Assembly: GCF_042661105.1 (NCBI RefSeq) | Contig: NZ_JBHSVP010000001.1 | From: Paracoccus cavernae | Lineage (GTDB): Bacteria; Pseudomonadota; Alphaproteobacteria; Rhodobacterales; Rhodobacteraceae | Direction: 5' to 3' (one strand) | Length of the DNA stretch: 24,000 bases | In this document: positions 7,953 to 15,515 of the stretch, in pieces | Position numbering within the stretch: position 1 is the stretch's first letter | How the letters are laid out: every line of letters starts with the position of its first letter | Made by a program: the position numbers and the translations under genes | The notes under the pieces: generated by a model | The model's input: only the letters and a program-made list of their open reading frames with translations | The model's database searches: none | What the model was told of the DNA's origin: nothing

Positions 7953-9155
7953 TCAAACGCGTTCGATGATCAGCGCGATGCCCTGACCGACGCCGATGCA
8001 CATGGTGCACAGCGCATAGCGGCCGCCGGTGCGGTGCAGCTGGTACATGGCCGTGGTCACGAGACGCGCGCCCGACATGCCGAGCGGATGGCCGATCGCG
8101 ATGGCCCCGCCGTTGGGGTTCACCTGCGGCGCATCATCCGGCAGACCGAGATCGCGCAGCACGGCCAGAGCCTGCGCCGCGAAGGCCTCGTTCAATTCTA
8201 TCACATCCATATCGGCCAGCGTGAGGCCCGTTTTGGCAAGAACCTTGCGCACTGCCGGCGCGGGGCCGATACCCATGACGCGCGGCTCGACGCCTGCGGC
8301 CGCCATGGCGACGATGCGGGCCTTGGGGGTCAGGCCATGGGTCTTGGCGGCCTCGGCCGAGGCGATGACCAGCGCAGCCGCACCGTCGTTCACGCCCGAG
8401 GCATTGCCCGCCGTCACCGTCAGATCGGGGCCGTTCACGACCCTGAGCTTGGCAAGCTGCGCCGCCGTCGTCTCGGGGCGGGGATGCTCGTCCGTATCGA
8501 CGACCATCGGCTCCTGCTTTTTGCGCGGGACGGAAACGGGGATGATCTCGTCTTTAAAGACGCCCGCCGCATTGGCTGCCGCCCAACGGGCCTGACTGCG
8601 GAGCGCGAATGCGTCCTGATCTTCGCGCGAGATGTTGAAATCGGCGGCGACGTTGTCGGCGGTCTGGGGCATCGTATCGACGCCGAATGCCGCCTTCATC
8701 GCGGGATTGACGAAACGCCAGCCGATGGTGGTGTCGTAAACCGCATTATTGCGCGAAAATGCGGTTTCGGCCTTTGGCATGACAAAGGGAGCGCGCGACA
8801 TCGATTCCACGCCGCCCGCAATCACCAGATCGCAATCGCCCGCCTTGATCGCCCGCGCTGCCATGCCGATCGCATCCATCCCCGAGCCGCAAAGCCGGTT
8901 CACCGTGGTCGCCGGCACGTCGATCGGCATACCCGCAAGCAAAGCCGCCATGCGGCCGACGTTGCGGTTGTCTTCTCCGGCCTGATTGGCGCAGCCGTAA
9001 ATCAGATCGTCAACCGCCGTCCAGTCGACGTTCGGGTTGCGCTCGATCAGGGCTTTCAGGGGCAAAGCGGCCAGATCATCGGCGCGGATCGAGGACAGGG
9101 CCCCGCCGTAACGGCCGATCGGTGTGCGTACCGCGTCGCAGATAAAGGCATCCAT
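7953..9155 (-). CDS. paaJ: 3-oxoadipyl-CoA / 3-oxo-5,6-dehydrosuberyl-CoA thiolase
   Basis: Track ORF 7953..9215, with the start trimmed to ATG 9155 ([21 protein letters not shown]...), the typical thiolase N-terminus. GAGGGA lies about 10 nt upstream. Thiolase active-site regions are present ([10 protein letters not shown], ...CIGVGQGIA). First gene of the operon. Confidence 0.9.
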   Translation of the reverse strand: MDAFICDAVRTPIGRYGGALSSIRADDLAALPLKALIERNPNVDWTAVDDLIYGCANQAGEDNRNVGRMAALLAGMPIDVPATTVNRLCGSGMDAIGMAARAIKAGDCDLVIAGGVESMSRAPFVMPKAETAFSRNNAVYDTTIGWRFVNPAMKAAFGVDTMPQTADNVAADFNISREDQDAFALRSQARWAAANAAGVFKDEIIPVSVPRKKQEPMVVDTDEHPRPETTAAQLAKLRVVNGPDLTVTAGNASGVNDGAAALVIASAEAAKTHGLTPKARIVAMAAAGVEPRVMGIGPAPAVRKVLAKTGLTLADMDVIELNEAFAAQALAVLRDLGLPDDAPQVNPNGGAIAIGHPLGMSGARLVTTAMYQLHRTGGRYALCTMCIGVGQGIALIIERV

Positions 9156-9218
9156 CAGGCCCGTGCTCCCTCGTGTCTCTCGCTGGTCTTTGGCTGGCGG
9201 CGGACGACTCTCCAATTC

Positions 9219-9236
9219 GTCAACCGATTGGTCGGT
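9219..9236. promoter_or_regulatory. Operator-like 18-mer GTCAACCGATTGGTCGGT containing the dyad AACCGA-N4-TCGGTT (copy 1 of 2)
   Basis: The perfect 6-bp inverted repeat at 9222-9227 / 9232-9237 overlaps the candidate -10 and the predicted transcription start of the paa operon. 15 of 18 positions are identical to 12853-12870 upstream of pac. Confidence 0.45.
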
Positions 9237-9262
9237 TATAGCATCGAAACATTACATCGCAA
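9235..9262 (-). promoter_or_regulatory. Candidate sigma70-type promoter of the paaJ-paaZ operon
   Basis: The minus strand reads TTGCGA (9262-9257), a 16-nt spacer, then TATAAC (9240-9235). This is about 80 nt upstream of the paaJ ATG, in the least GC-rich part of the 198-bp gap. The call rests on sequence only. Confidence 0.4.
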
Positions 9263-9289
9263 AGATAAAATTGGCATTGAGTGTAATGT
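9249..9289. promoter_or_regulatory. Widely spaced perfect inverted repeat ACATTACA-N25-TGTAATGT bracketing the candidate -35
   Basis: The arms lie at 9249-9256 and 9282-9289. The architecture (short arms, long spacer) resembles what I recall for E. coli PaaX operators. Confidence 0.4.
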
Positions 9290-9353
9290 CTGCGGTGGCG
9301 CGAACGGACTGCACCGAAAATACACGTTAAATCAGTGGTCTATACTGGGCGGC

Positions 9354-10190
9354 TTAAGCGAGGGCCGCCAGGCGGGCTTCCGAAATCGCGCTTGTTCGCG
9401 GCAGATATCCGGTTTCGCCCTCGAGATTGCGCGCGATATGGAGCTCGGCCGGTTCCGAAAGCAGCAGGTAAAGCCGCGCGAAAAGCGCATGGGCTTCGTG
9501 GCCGCACCAATCGGCGGGCAGGGCCGAGGCGGGCAGGCGGGGGTCACGCAAGAGCGTGCTGCGGTAGAGATCGACCAGCAAAAGCCGCGCGATCAGCGCC
9601 GCATCGGGCGCGAGCGGGGCGCCGGATCCGAGCGCCTGTTCGAGCGGGGCAAAGCGCCCGATCAAATCGGCATATCCCGCGTTCAAAGGCGCGAGATCCC
9701 AGCAGGCGGCGAGCTTGGCGTCATCGCGGCCAAGGCCCGCGTGAAGGGTCAGCGCGACCTCCGGCGGGGTCTGGCCGTGATCGGGCGCGATCAGCACATT
9801 GCCCTCGAGCCGGCCGAGATGGCGGCGGCGGATGACATCTTCGGCAAGCTCGGGTGCATGGAGGACCAGCCAGCCCGAAGCTTCTGCGGGCGGATGGTAG
9901 AGCAGTTTGGCGACCTGCGCGAATTCGGCCCGCGCGGTCGGCGCCAACCGGTAATAGCTGCGCCGTCCGATCCGTTCGCCCGCGAGGCGTCCGGCCTGCA
10001 CCAGACGCGAGACCGCCGTACGCACCAGCGATTCGCTGATGCCGACATGGGCGCAGACCGCAATCAGATTGCCCATCCACAAGACCTCGCCGCGCGGCAC
10101 AACGACATCGCCGTAAACCGTCACGATGAACGAGGTCGCCCGCAGCGGCAGGTCCGAAAGAAGCGGGGCGAGAAATGGCTCGGTGGTCAT
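9354..10190 (-). CDS. paaX: Phenylacetic acid degradation operon repressor PaaX
   Basis: 278 aa, ATG at 10190. There is clear similarity to E. coli PaaX as I remember it: SFIVTVYGDVVVPRGEVLWMGNLIAV...VRTAVSRLVQAGRL...IGRRSYYRL in the N-terminus and LLLVDLYRSTLLRDPRLPASALPADWCGHEA in the C-terminus. Confidence 0.9.
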   Translation of the reverse strand: MTTEPFLAPLLSDLPLRATSFIVTVYGDVVVPRGEVLWMGNLIAVCAHVGISESLVRTAVSRLVQAGRLAGERIGRRSYYRLAPTARAEFAQVAKLLYHPPAEASGWLVLHAPELAEDVIRRRHLGRLEGNVLIAPDHGQTPPEVALTLHAGLGRDDAKLAACWDLAPLNAGYADLIGRFAPLEQALGSGAPLAPDAALIARLLLVDLYRSTLLRDPRLPASALPADWCGHEAHALFARLYLLLSEPAELHIARNLEGETGYLPRTSAISEARLAALA

Positions 10191-10340
10191 GCGTGTCGTT
10201 TCGTTCGGGGAGGACGGGGCAGGTGGGCGCCGCGCCGCTTTGGTCCGGATTGGGGCAGGTCCGAATGGGTAGCAGGCTGCGCGCGCTTGTCAAACCGCCA
10301 AAGGACCGCGCGGCCCGTGCGGCGGGCGGTGCGACAGGCG

Positions 10341-10373
10341 ACGGAAAAGGGGCAGCCCGTTGCAGGCTGCCCC
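10341..10373 (-). terminator. Rho-independent terminator downstream of pac
   Basis: The minus-strand RNA reads GGGGCAGCC-UGCAACG-GGCUGCCCC followed by UUUUCCGU. The 9-bp perfect stem is 10349-10357 / 10365-10373. The hairpin begins 29 nt after the pac stop. Confidence 0.8.
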
Positions 10374-10402
10374 CGATCCTTGTCGCAGGCTCCGGTCCCG
10401 TT

Positions 10403-12799
10403 TTACTCGATGGTAAAGCTGGTGCGGTCCTTCGCGACTTTGTCCAGATCCTCGCGGGCAAGCGCCTGCGGGCGGCATTCAAAGGCCTCGTAGAGCGACA
10501 GCTGGTCCTGATAATGCGGCGATTTCTCGCCCGAAGGGCTGATGAAGCCGCTTTGACCCGGAGGGGCCGAGATGCAGACCGAGACCTTGCCGTCCTTGAA
10601 GGTGATGAGATCGCTCTGCGTGCCGCGGTTCATTGCCGTGCCGATCGAAAGCACCTCGTCCTCGCCTGCCTGCGGGATCCCGAGATAGTTGTCGGTCTCG
10701 AAGACATGCTGGGCAAGCTCCTGACGCCAATCGGCGGGATTGTCGCTGCCGTAGCTCGCGCTCAGCGCCTCTGCGGTTTTGGACAGGGCGGCCAGCATGA
10801 CCTCGGTCTTGTCGGCGCCGTTGAAGAAATCATGGGTCTGGGGCACGCCCGCCTGATCGCCCAGAAGCGCGTTGCGCAGCACCTGCGCGGGGCGCGAGAC
10901 GCGGTTGCGCGTCACCACCGGCGCAAAGCCCGGATTGTCGTCCATCAGCACATCGGCAACCATGGTCTCGACCCAGCTCTGGAAGATCGCGACCGCCGGA
11001 GCGGTGGCGCGGCCGTCCTCGGCGCGGATCATCTGCCCGTCCCACGCGGCAAGCTCGGCGACAAGGGGCTGGCGCGGGTCGTCTGCGGGCAGGGTCGTGG
11101 CGGCATCGAGCAGGAAGGGCAGCAGCGCGCGGGCGTTGATGTCGAGGAAGCTGATTTCCTTGTTGATGTCCCAGACCTCGGCAGGGGTCAGCTTGTCCTT
11201 GGCGGTGATGCGCGCCATGATCTCGTCGACACGGTCTGCCGCGCCCCAGGGATTGGCCTCGAAATTGCCGATCTCGCCATGGGTCGAGCGGTTGTTCCAG
11301 TTGGCGATCCAGCCCCGTTCGGGATTGTATGTCTTGGGCATCTCGGCGAAGGGGCGGCGGCCCTGCCGCCAATCCTGCGAGCCGTCGGCGATCGCGGGAA
11401 TGCGCTGGTCCTGCGCCGTATTGCGCAAGGGCAGATAACCCGGCGAGACATAGCCGATATTGCCGTCCTTGTCGGCGTAATACCAGTTGATCGTGGTCGC
11501 GACATTTTCGGCCTGCGCCAGCCAGTCGGTGTAATTCTGCGCCTTGGTCGAATTGACCCAAGCGATCAGCGTCTGGATCTCGCGACCCTTCCAGCTGCGG
11601 TTGAAGGCATAGGCGGTGTGGCTTTCCGGATCGATCAGGCTGACCACGCCGTAATCGCTTTCATAAACCGTCGCGGAGACATCGCCCTGACCCTTGACCT
11701 TGAAGGTCTCGAGGCGCGGCTTCATGTCGACCCAGGCGCCGTCCTTTTTGTATTGCGCGGGGTTTTCGGGGTTGAGCGCCAGCTGGAAGAAATCATTGAC
11801 GTCAAGCGGGCCGGCGGTCGCGCCCCAAGCAATCTGTCCGTTGGTCCCGAAGAGCACGTTCGGCACCGCGAAAGGCGTCGAGCCGGTCAGATCGAAGCCC
11901 GCGCCATGCAGGCCGATCGAGAAGACATAGGAGGGGTTGTAATTGCCGAACTGCGGCCCGTTCAGCAGGATCGTGCTGCCGTCGGTGGTCTTTTCGGGAC
12001 CGAGGATCCACAGGTTCGAGGCGCGCGGCATCGCGTCATCGCCGCCCGGCACGTCATCGCGGCCAAGCAAAGCGGCAAAGCGGCTGGCGTCGAGCGCGGC
12101 GGGTGCCTCGGCCTTGATCTGGTACTGGCCGCCTTCGGGGACGGTGGTCGGGGCAAGCGGGTCCTCGAGCCAGAACATCTGGTTGAACAGCTCGGCCGCT
12201 TTCTCTTTTCCGTGATCTTTTTCGAGCTTTGCCAAGACTTTGGCATTATCTAGCTCGGTCGAATAATGCGAGAAACGGCCCGCCATCGTGCCCACATAGA
12301 TCATCGCCACGTCGAATTCGGTCCATGTGCTCGGCTCGATCCCGAAATCGGTGAACTGTTTGGGCAAAAGCGTGTCGCGATCGGCCAGAACCTCGGCCAC
12401 GCGCCTGTTGTAGCCCGCCGCATAGCCGCGCAGAATGGCGCGGTCTTCGGCCGGCAGGGCCTCGATCTGGGCGCGGATATCGGCGTGATCGAAATCGGCG
12501 CGGGTGCGCAGGTCATAGGGCAGATGCTCGATCCCCAGAACCGAGGATACGGTGCCCAGAACCGAATGTTTCGACATTTCCATCTGGAACAGCCGGTCCT
12601 CGGCGACGGCATAGCCGAAGCCCGCGTAAAGGCCGAAGACGTCGTCGGCATAGACATGGGGCACGCCCCAGTCATCGCGGATGATCTCGACCTGCGATTG
12701 GGCAAGGCTGGGGCTCGCGAGAAACGGTGCGAGCGCGGCTGAAAGCAACAAAGCGGCAATGGGTTTGTGAACGCGCAACTTCAATCCTCCGGTAGGCAT
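10403..12799 (-). CDS. pac: Penicillin G acylase family Ntn hydrolase (peptidase S45), secreted precursor
   Basis: The product strongly resembles E. coli PGA as I remember it. The alpha-subunit start reads IIRDDWGVPHVYADD...GYAVAEDRLFQMEM. The autoprocessing/catalytic beta N-terminus reads SNLWILG...LLNGPQFG...GLHGAGFDLTG (Ser261, codon 12017-12019). There is an N-terminal Sec-type signal peptide (KLRVHKPIAALLLSAALAPFLASPSLA|QSQ). The start is uncertain: ATG 12799 has no RBS, while in-frame TTG 12778 is preceded by GGAGGA (12790-12785) with a 6-nt spacer. Confidence 0.88.
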   Translation of the reverse strand: MPTGGLKLRVHKPIAALLLSAALAPFLASPSLAQSQVEIIRDDWGVPHVYADDVFGLYAGFGYAVAEDRLFQMEMSKHSVLGTVSSVLGIEHLPYDLRTRADFDHADIRAQIEALPAEDRAILRGYAAGYNRRVAEVLADRDTLLPKQFTDFGIEPSTWTEFDVAMIYVGTMAGRFSHYSTELDNAKVLAKLEKDHGKEKAAELFNQMFWLEDPLAPTTVPEGGQYQIKAEAPAALDASRFAALLGRDDVPGGDDAMPRASNLWILGPEKTTDGSTILLNGPQFGNYNPSYVFSIGLHGAGFDLTGSTPFAVPNVLFGTNGQIAWGATAGPLDVNDFFQLALNPENPAQYKKDGAWVDMKPRLETFKVKGQGDVSATVYESDYGVVSLIDPESHTAYAFNRSWKGREIQTLIAWVNSTKAQNYTDWLAQAENVATTINWYYADKDGNIGYVSPGYLPLRNTAQDQRIPAIADGSQDWRQGRRPFAEMPKTYNPERGWIANWNNRSTHGEIGNFEANPWGAADRVDEIMARITAKDKLTPAEVWDINKEISFLDINARALLPFLLDAATTLPADDPRQPLVAELAAWDGQMIRAEDGRATAPAVAIFQSWVETMVADVLMDDNPGFAPVVTRNRVSRPAQVLRNALLGDQAGVPQTHDFFNGADKTEVMLAALSKTAEALSASYGSDNPADWRQELAQHVFETDNYLGIPQAGEDEVLSIGTAMNRGTQSDLITFKDGKVSVCISAPPGQSGFISPSGEKSPHYQDQLSLYEAFECRPQALAREDLDKVAKDRTSFTIE

Positions 12800-12844
12800 T
12801 CGGCAATCACACCCGGGCGTCCTCCTGCGCGGGCGATTCCGGCG

Positions 12845-12873
12845 ACGCTATGGTCAACCGACCGGACGGTCAA
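12845..12873 (-). promoter_or_regulatory. Candidate promoter of pac
   Basis: The minus strand reads TTGACC (12873-12868), a 17-nt spacer, then TAGCGT (12850-12845). The shared dyad motif fills the spacer. The call rests on sequence only. Confidence 0.35.
12853..12870. promoter_or_regulatory. Operator-like 18-mer GTCAACCGACCGGACGGT (copy 2 of 2), dyad core ACCG-N6-CGGT
   Basis: 15 of 18 positions are identical to 9219-9236, including the perfect 9-nt block GTCAACCGA. It has the same orientation relative to the downstream minus-strand gene and lies 53 nt upstream of ATG 12799. Confidence 0.45.
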
Positions 12874-12920
12874 TGATGTTTTGGTGGCAAGGAGCGACGG
12901 CGAGTGGCAGAGGGCTTACG

Positions 12921-13008
12921 TCTGAAGAGAGGTTTAGGATCTCTAAAGTGCTCAAGTAATAACAATATATTATATTCGATATATGAAGTTGTTTATCATA
13001 TGCGCATA
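12921..13008. other. AT-rich non-coding island with short perfect palindromes
   Basis: 12941-13000 contains only 14 G/C in 60 nt, in an otherwise GC-rich window. It holds the palindromes AATATA-T-TATATT (12964-12976) and TATGCGCATA (12999-13008). A perfect TATAAT reads on the minus strand at 12974-12969. No ORF of 60 aa or more lies here. Confidence 0.6.
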
Positions 13009-13112
13009 CACGCCGCTGGCGGCGCGATATCCTTTGGAAATCGGGAAAGACCTTAGCGAAATCCGCAGCTATCTGCTGGGCGGTCTGAAGGGGGTTGCCG
13101 TGCGCTCGGCGC

Positions 13113-13799
13113 TCAGACGCCCAGCCAGTTGCGCGCGATGTCGGGGGTGATTTCCCCCATGCCGCCTTGCCAGACAGAGCGACCGCGTTCGAGGATGACG
13201 GCGCGATCTGCGACCGAAGCCAGCTCTTTGAGCGATTTGTCGACCACGAGGATCGAGAGGCCCTCGGCCTTGAGCGCGCGGATGCCGGCCCAGATTTCCT
13301 GCCGCACGACAGGGGCGAGGCCCTCGGTCGCCTCGTCGAGGATCAGAAGGCGCGGATTGGTCATCAGCGCGCGCCCGATCGCGAGCATCTGCTGCTCGCC
13401 GCCAGAAAGCGTGCCCGCGCGTTGGCCGAGGCGCTCGCCCAATCGCGGAAACAGCGCGATGACGCGGGCACGGTCCCAAGCGCCGGGGCGCGCGGCGACC
13501 ATGAGGTTTTCCTCGACATTGAGCGGCGCAAAGACGCGCCGACCCTCGGGGACGAGGCCCAGCCCGCAGCGCGCGGCCTGATGTGGTGCGAGGCGGGTCA
13601 GGTCCGCGCCGTCAAAGCGGATTTCGCCGCTGCCGGCGCGCAGAAGCTGCATCACCGTTTTGATCGTCGTGGATTTGCCCATGCCGTTGCGGCCCATCAG
13701 GGCCAGAACCTCGCCCTCGGCCAGATCGAAGCTGACCCCGTGCAGAACCGCGGCCTGACCATAGGCGGCTGTAACATTGCGCAGCGAAAGCAGGCTCAT
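13113..13799 (-). CDS. ABC transporter ATP-binding protein (LivF-like)
   Basis: 228 aa with Walker A GRNGMGKST, signature LSGGEQQMLAIG and Walker B LLILDE. The ATG at 13799 overlaps the upstream stop (ATGA). Confidence 0.9.
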   Translation of the reverse strand: MSLLSLRNVTAAYGQAAVLHGVSFDLAEGEVLALMGRNGMGKSTTIKTVMQLLRAGSGEIRFDGADLTRLAPHQAARCGLGLVPEGRRVFAPLNVEENLMVAARPGAWDRARVIALFPRLGERLGQRAGTLSGGEQQMLAIGRALMTNPRLLILDEATEGLAPVVRQEIWAGIRALKAEGLSILVVDKSLKELASVADRAVILERGRSVWQGGMGEITPDIARNWLGV

Positions 13800-14545
13800 G
13801 CCTCGTCTCCCAGATAAGATCGCTGGACCTCGGGATGGGCGCGGATTTCGGCGACGGTGCCGGTCGCGATAATGCGGCCATAGACCAGAACCGAGATGCG
13901 GTCGGCCAAAGCGAAGACCGCATCCATATCATGTTCGACCAATAAAATCGGGGCTTTGCGGCGAAGATTTGACAAAAGCTCCGTCAGCTGCGCGGCACCC
14001 TCCAGCCCCATGCCGGCCATCGGCTCGTCCAGCAGGAAGACCTTGGGAGAGAGGGCCAGAGCCATGGCGATCTCGAGCTTTCGGCGCTCGCCATGGGACA
14101 GTTCGGCGGCTTTGACACCGGCCCGATCCGCCAGTCCGGCAGCGGCGATATGGTCCTGCGCGGGGCCGGTCAGGGAGTGATCGGAAAGGGCGGGGCGGAA
14201 AAAGCGGAAGACCCGCCCAGAAGCACCCATCAGCGCCAGCATCACATTCTGGCGCACCGTGAAATCGGGAATGACAGCAGAAACCTGAAAGCTGCGCGCA
14301 AGCCCGAGCCGTGCCCGCGCCGCGACATCGAGCCCGTCGATCGCGCGACCCATGAAGGCGACCGCGCCGCTGTCAGGGCGGATCTCGCCGGTGATCTGCT
14401 TGATCAGGGTCGATTTCCCCGCACCGTTCGGCCCGATCAGCGCGTGGATCTCGCCCGGGAGCAAGGTCAGGGAAACATCATTGGTTGCTGCAAGCGCGCC
14501 GAAGCTCTTGCGCAGGTTCCGCAATGCGAGGACCGGCTCAACCAT
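13796..14545 (-). CDS. ABC transporter ATP-binding protein (LivG-like)
   Basis: 249 aa with Walker A GPNGAGKST, signature LSHGERRKLEIA and Walker B VFLLDEP. The ATG at 14545 overlaps the permease stop by 8 nt. Confidence 0.9.
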   Translation of the reverse strand: MVEPVLALRNLRKSFGALAATNDVSLTLLPGEIHALIGPNGAGKSTLIKQITGEIRPDSGAVAFMGRAIDGLDVAARARLGLARSFQVSAVIPDFTVRQNVMLALMGASGRVFRFFRPALSDHSLTGPAQDHIAAAGLADRAGVKAAELSHGERRKLEIAMALALSPKVFLLDEPMAGMGLEGAAQLTELLSNLRRKAPILLVEHDMDAVFALADRISVLVYGRIIATGTVAEIRAHPEVQRSYLGDEA

Positions 14546-15515
14546 GGCGTTTCTCCCGCAGGATCAGGCCGGTGATCCCGCCCGGAGCGAAGATCACGAT
14601 CAGCAACAGCAGCAGACCCAATAGCCCGAGCCAATATTGCGACACAGGCCCAAGAAGCTGCTCGAGCAGGATATAGACCGCCGCGCCGATGATCGGTCCG
14701 GCAAGCCGGCCGGTGCCGCCGAGGATGACGAAGACCATGATTTCGCCCGACATATGCCACGACATCGCGGCGGGGCTCATGAAGCGGTTGAGATCGGCGT
14801 AAAGCGCGCCCGCCAGCCCGCAAATCATTGCAGAGATTACGAAGGCGGTCAGGCGGACCGGATAGGGACGGATGCCGGTCGCCTCGGTACGGGCGGGGCT
14901 TTGGCGCGCGGCGGCGAGCGCGAGGCCGAAACGCGACCGCGTCAGGCAGGCGCATAAAAGCAGCACAACCGCCAGAAGCGTTGCGCAAATCGCGAAATAT
15001 TGCAGCGGATCGAAGGTGTTCAGGCCGGGAAAGCTGTTGCGCGTGTAAAAGCTCAGCCCGTCCTCGCCGCCGTAAGCGGGCCAGCTGATCGCGAGATAGT
15101 AAAGCATCTGCGCGAAGGCGAGGGTGACCATGATGAAATAGACGCCGCTCGTGCGCAAAGACAGCGCGCCGATCACAAGACCGGCAAGCCCTGCCGCGAT
15201 GATCGCCATGGGCCAGATTGCCAGCATCTGCGTCGTGCCTTCAAAGCCGAAGGCGAGCGGCTCGTAATTGGCGGCATGGCTCGCGAGGATCGCGGTGACA
15301 TAGCCGCCGATCCCGAAAAACGCGGCATGGCCGAAGGAGACAAGCCCGCCGTAGCCCAGCACCAGATTGAGCCCGACACCGGCGAGGCCGAGGATCGCGA
15401 CTTTGGTTGCCAGCGTGACGGTAAAGCTTTGCCCCGCCAGCGCGGCGCCAAGGGCGGTTGCGACCAAAAGCGCGAAAATCGCGAGATCGAGGGTGGTTTC
15501 GCGGCTCAGCTGCAT
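14538..15515 (-). CDS. Branched-chain-amino-acid-type ABC permease (LivM-like)
   Basis: This is the C-terminal 325 codons of track ORF 14538..16247, starting at ATG 15515 (MQLSRETTLDLAIFALLV...). The product is polytopic and hydrophobic. The upstream part of the track ORF overlaps the LivH-like gene out of frame and was rejected. The start overlaps the upstream stop by 1 nt (TGATG). Confidence 0.88.
   Translation of the reverse strand: MQLSRETTLDLAIFALLVATALGAALAGQSFTVTLATKVAILGLAGVGLNLVLGYGGLVSFGHAAFFGIGGYVTAILASHAANYEPLAFGFEGTTQMLAIWPMAIIAAGLAGLVIGALSLRTSGVYFIMVTLAFAQMLYYLAISWPAYGGEDGLSFYTRNSFPGLNTFDPLQYFAICATLLAVVLLLCACLTRSRFGLALAAARQSPARTEATGIRPYPVRLTAFVISAMICGLAGALYADLNRFMSPAAMSWHMSGEIMVFVILGGTGRLAGPIIGAAVYILLEQLLGPVSQYWLGLLGLLLLLIVIFAPGGITGLILREKRHG

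Noticed and set aside
98-7986. Other long antisense or alternative-frame ORFs (98..1228 -, 1346..2191 +, 2678..3481 +, 3448..4152 +, 4233..5819 +, 5861..6619 +, 6934..7986 +), and similar ones further right (13095..13817 +, 15458..16153 +, 21065..21844 +, 21534..22508 +, 22249..22923 -)
   Set aside because: Each overlaps a gene with a strong family assignment on the other strand or in another frame. All have the biased composition expected from GC-rich third-position effects.
10286-10305. Possible third copy of the shared dyad motif upstream of paaX (TGTCAAACCGCCAAAGGACC, which contains a perfect TTGACA on the coding strand)
   Set aside because: Only the GTCAA(A)CCG half matches, and only after allowing a 1-nt insertion. 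The second half-site is absent. I did not count it as an operator, although the TTGACA could still be the paaX -35.
7923-10493. 856-aa plus-strand ORF, the longest in the track
   Set aside because: It lies entirely antisense to paaJ, the paa control region and paaX, all of which have strong family signatures. Its product is Arg/Gly/Asp/His-rich with no recognisable motif and runs straight through the AT-richer non-coding gap. This is a typical shadow ORF of GC-rich DNA.
10175-12253. 692-aa plus-strand ORF
   Set aside because: It is antisense to the acylase gene, has a low-complexity Arg/Gly/Ala/Asp composition and no family resemblance. It is a shadow ORF.
12916-12958. TTAC...GTAA pair upstream of pac, considered as a counterpart of the wide ACATTACA-N25-TGTAATGT repeat in the paa promoter
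   Set aside because: Only 4 nt per arm match, and the spacing (36 nt) differs from the equivalent 27 nt at the paa site. This is not distinguishable from chance.
12873-12959. 28-codon plus-strand small ORF (MMFWWQGATASGRGLTSEERFRISKVLK) in the pac upstream region
   Set aside because: It has no convincing RBS and its codon usage (AGA, AGG, CTT, TCT, TTT, CAA, AGT) is opposite to every confident gene in the window. It overlaps the putative pac promoter and operator, so it is most likely fortuitous.
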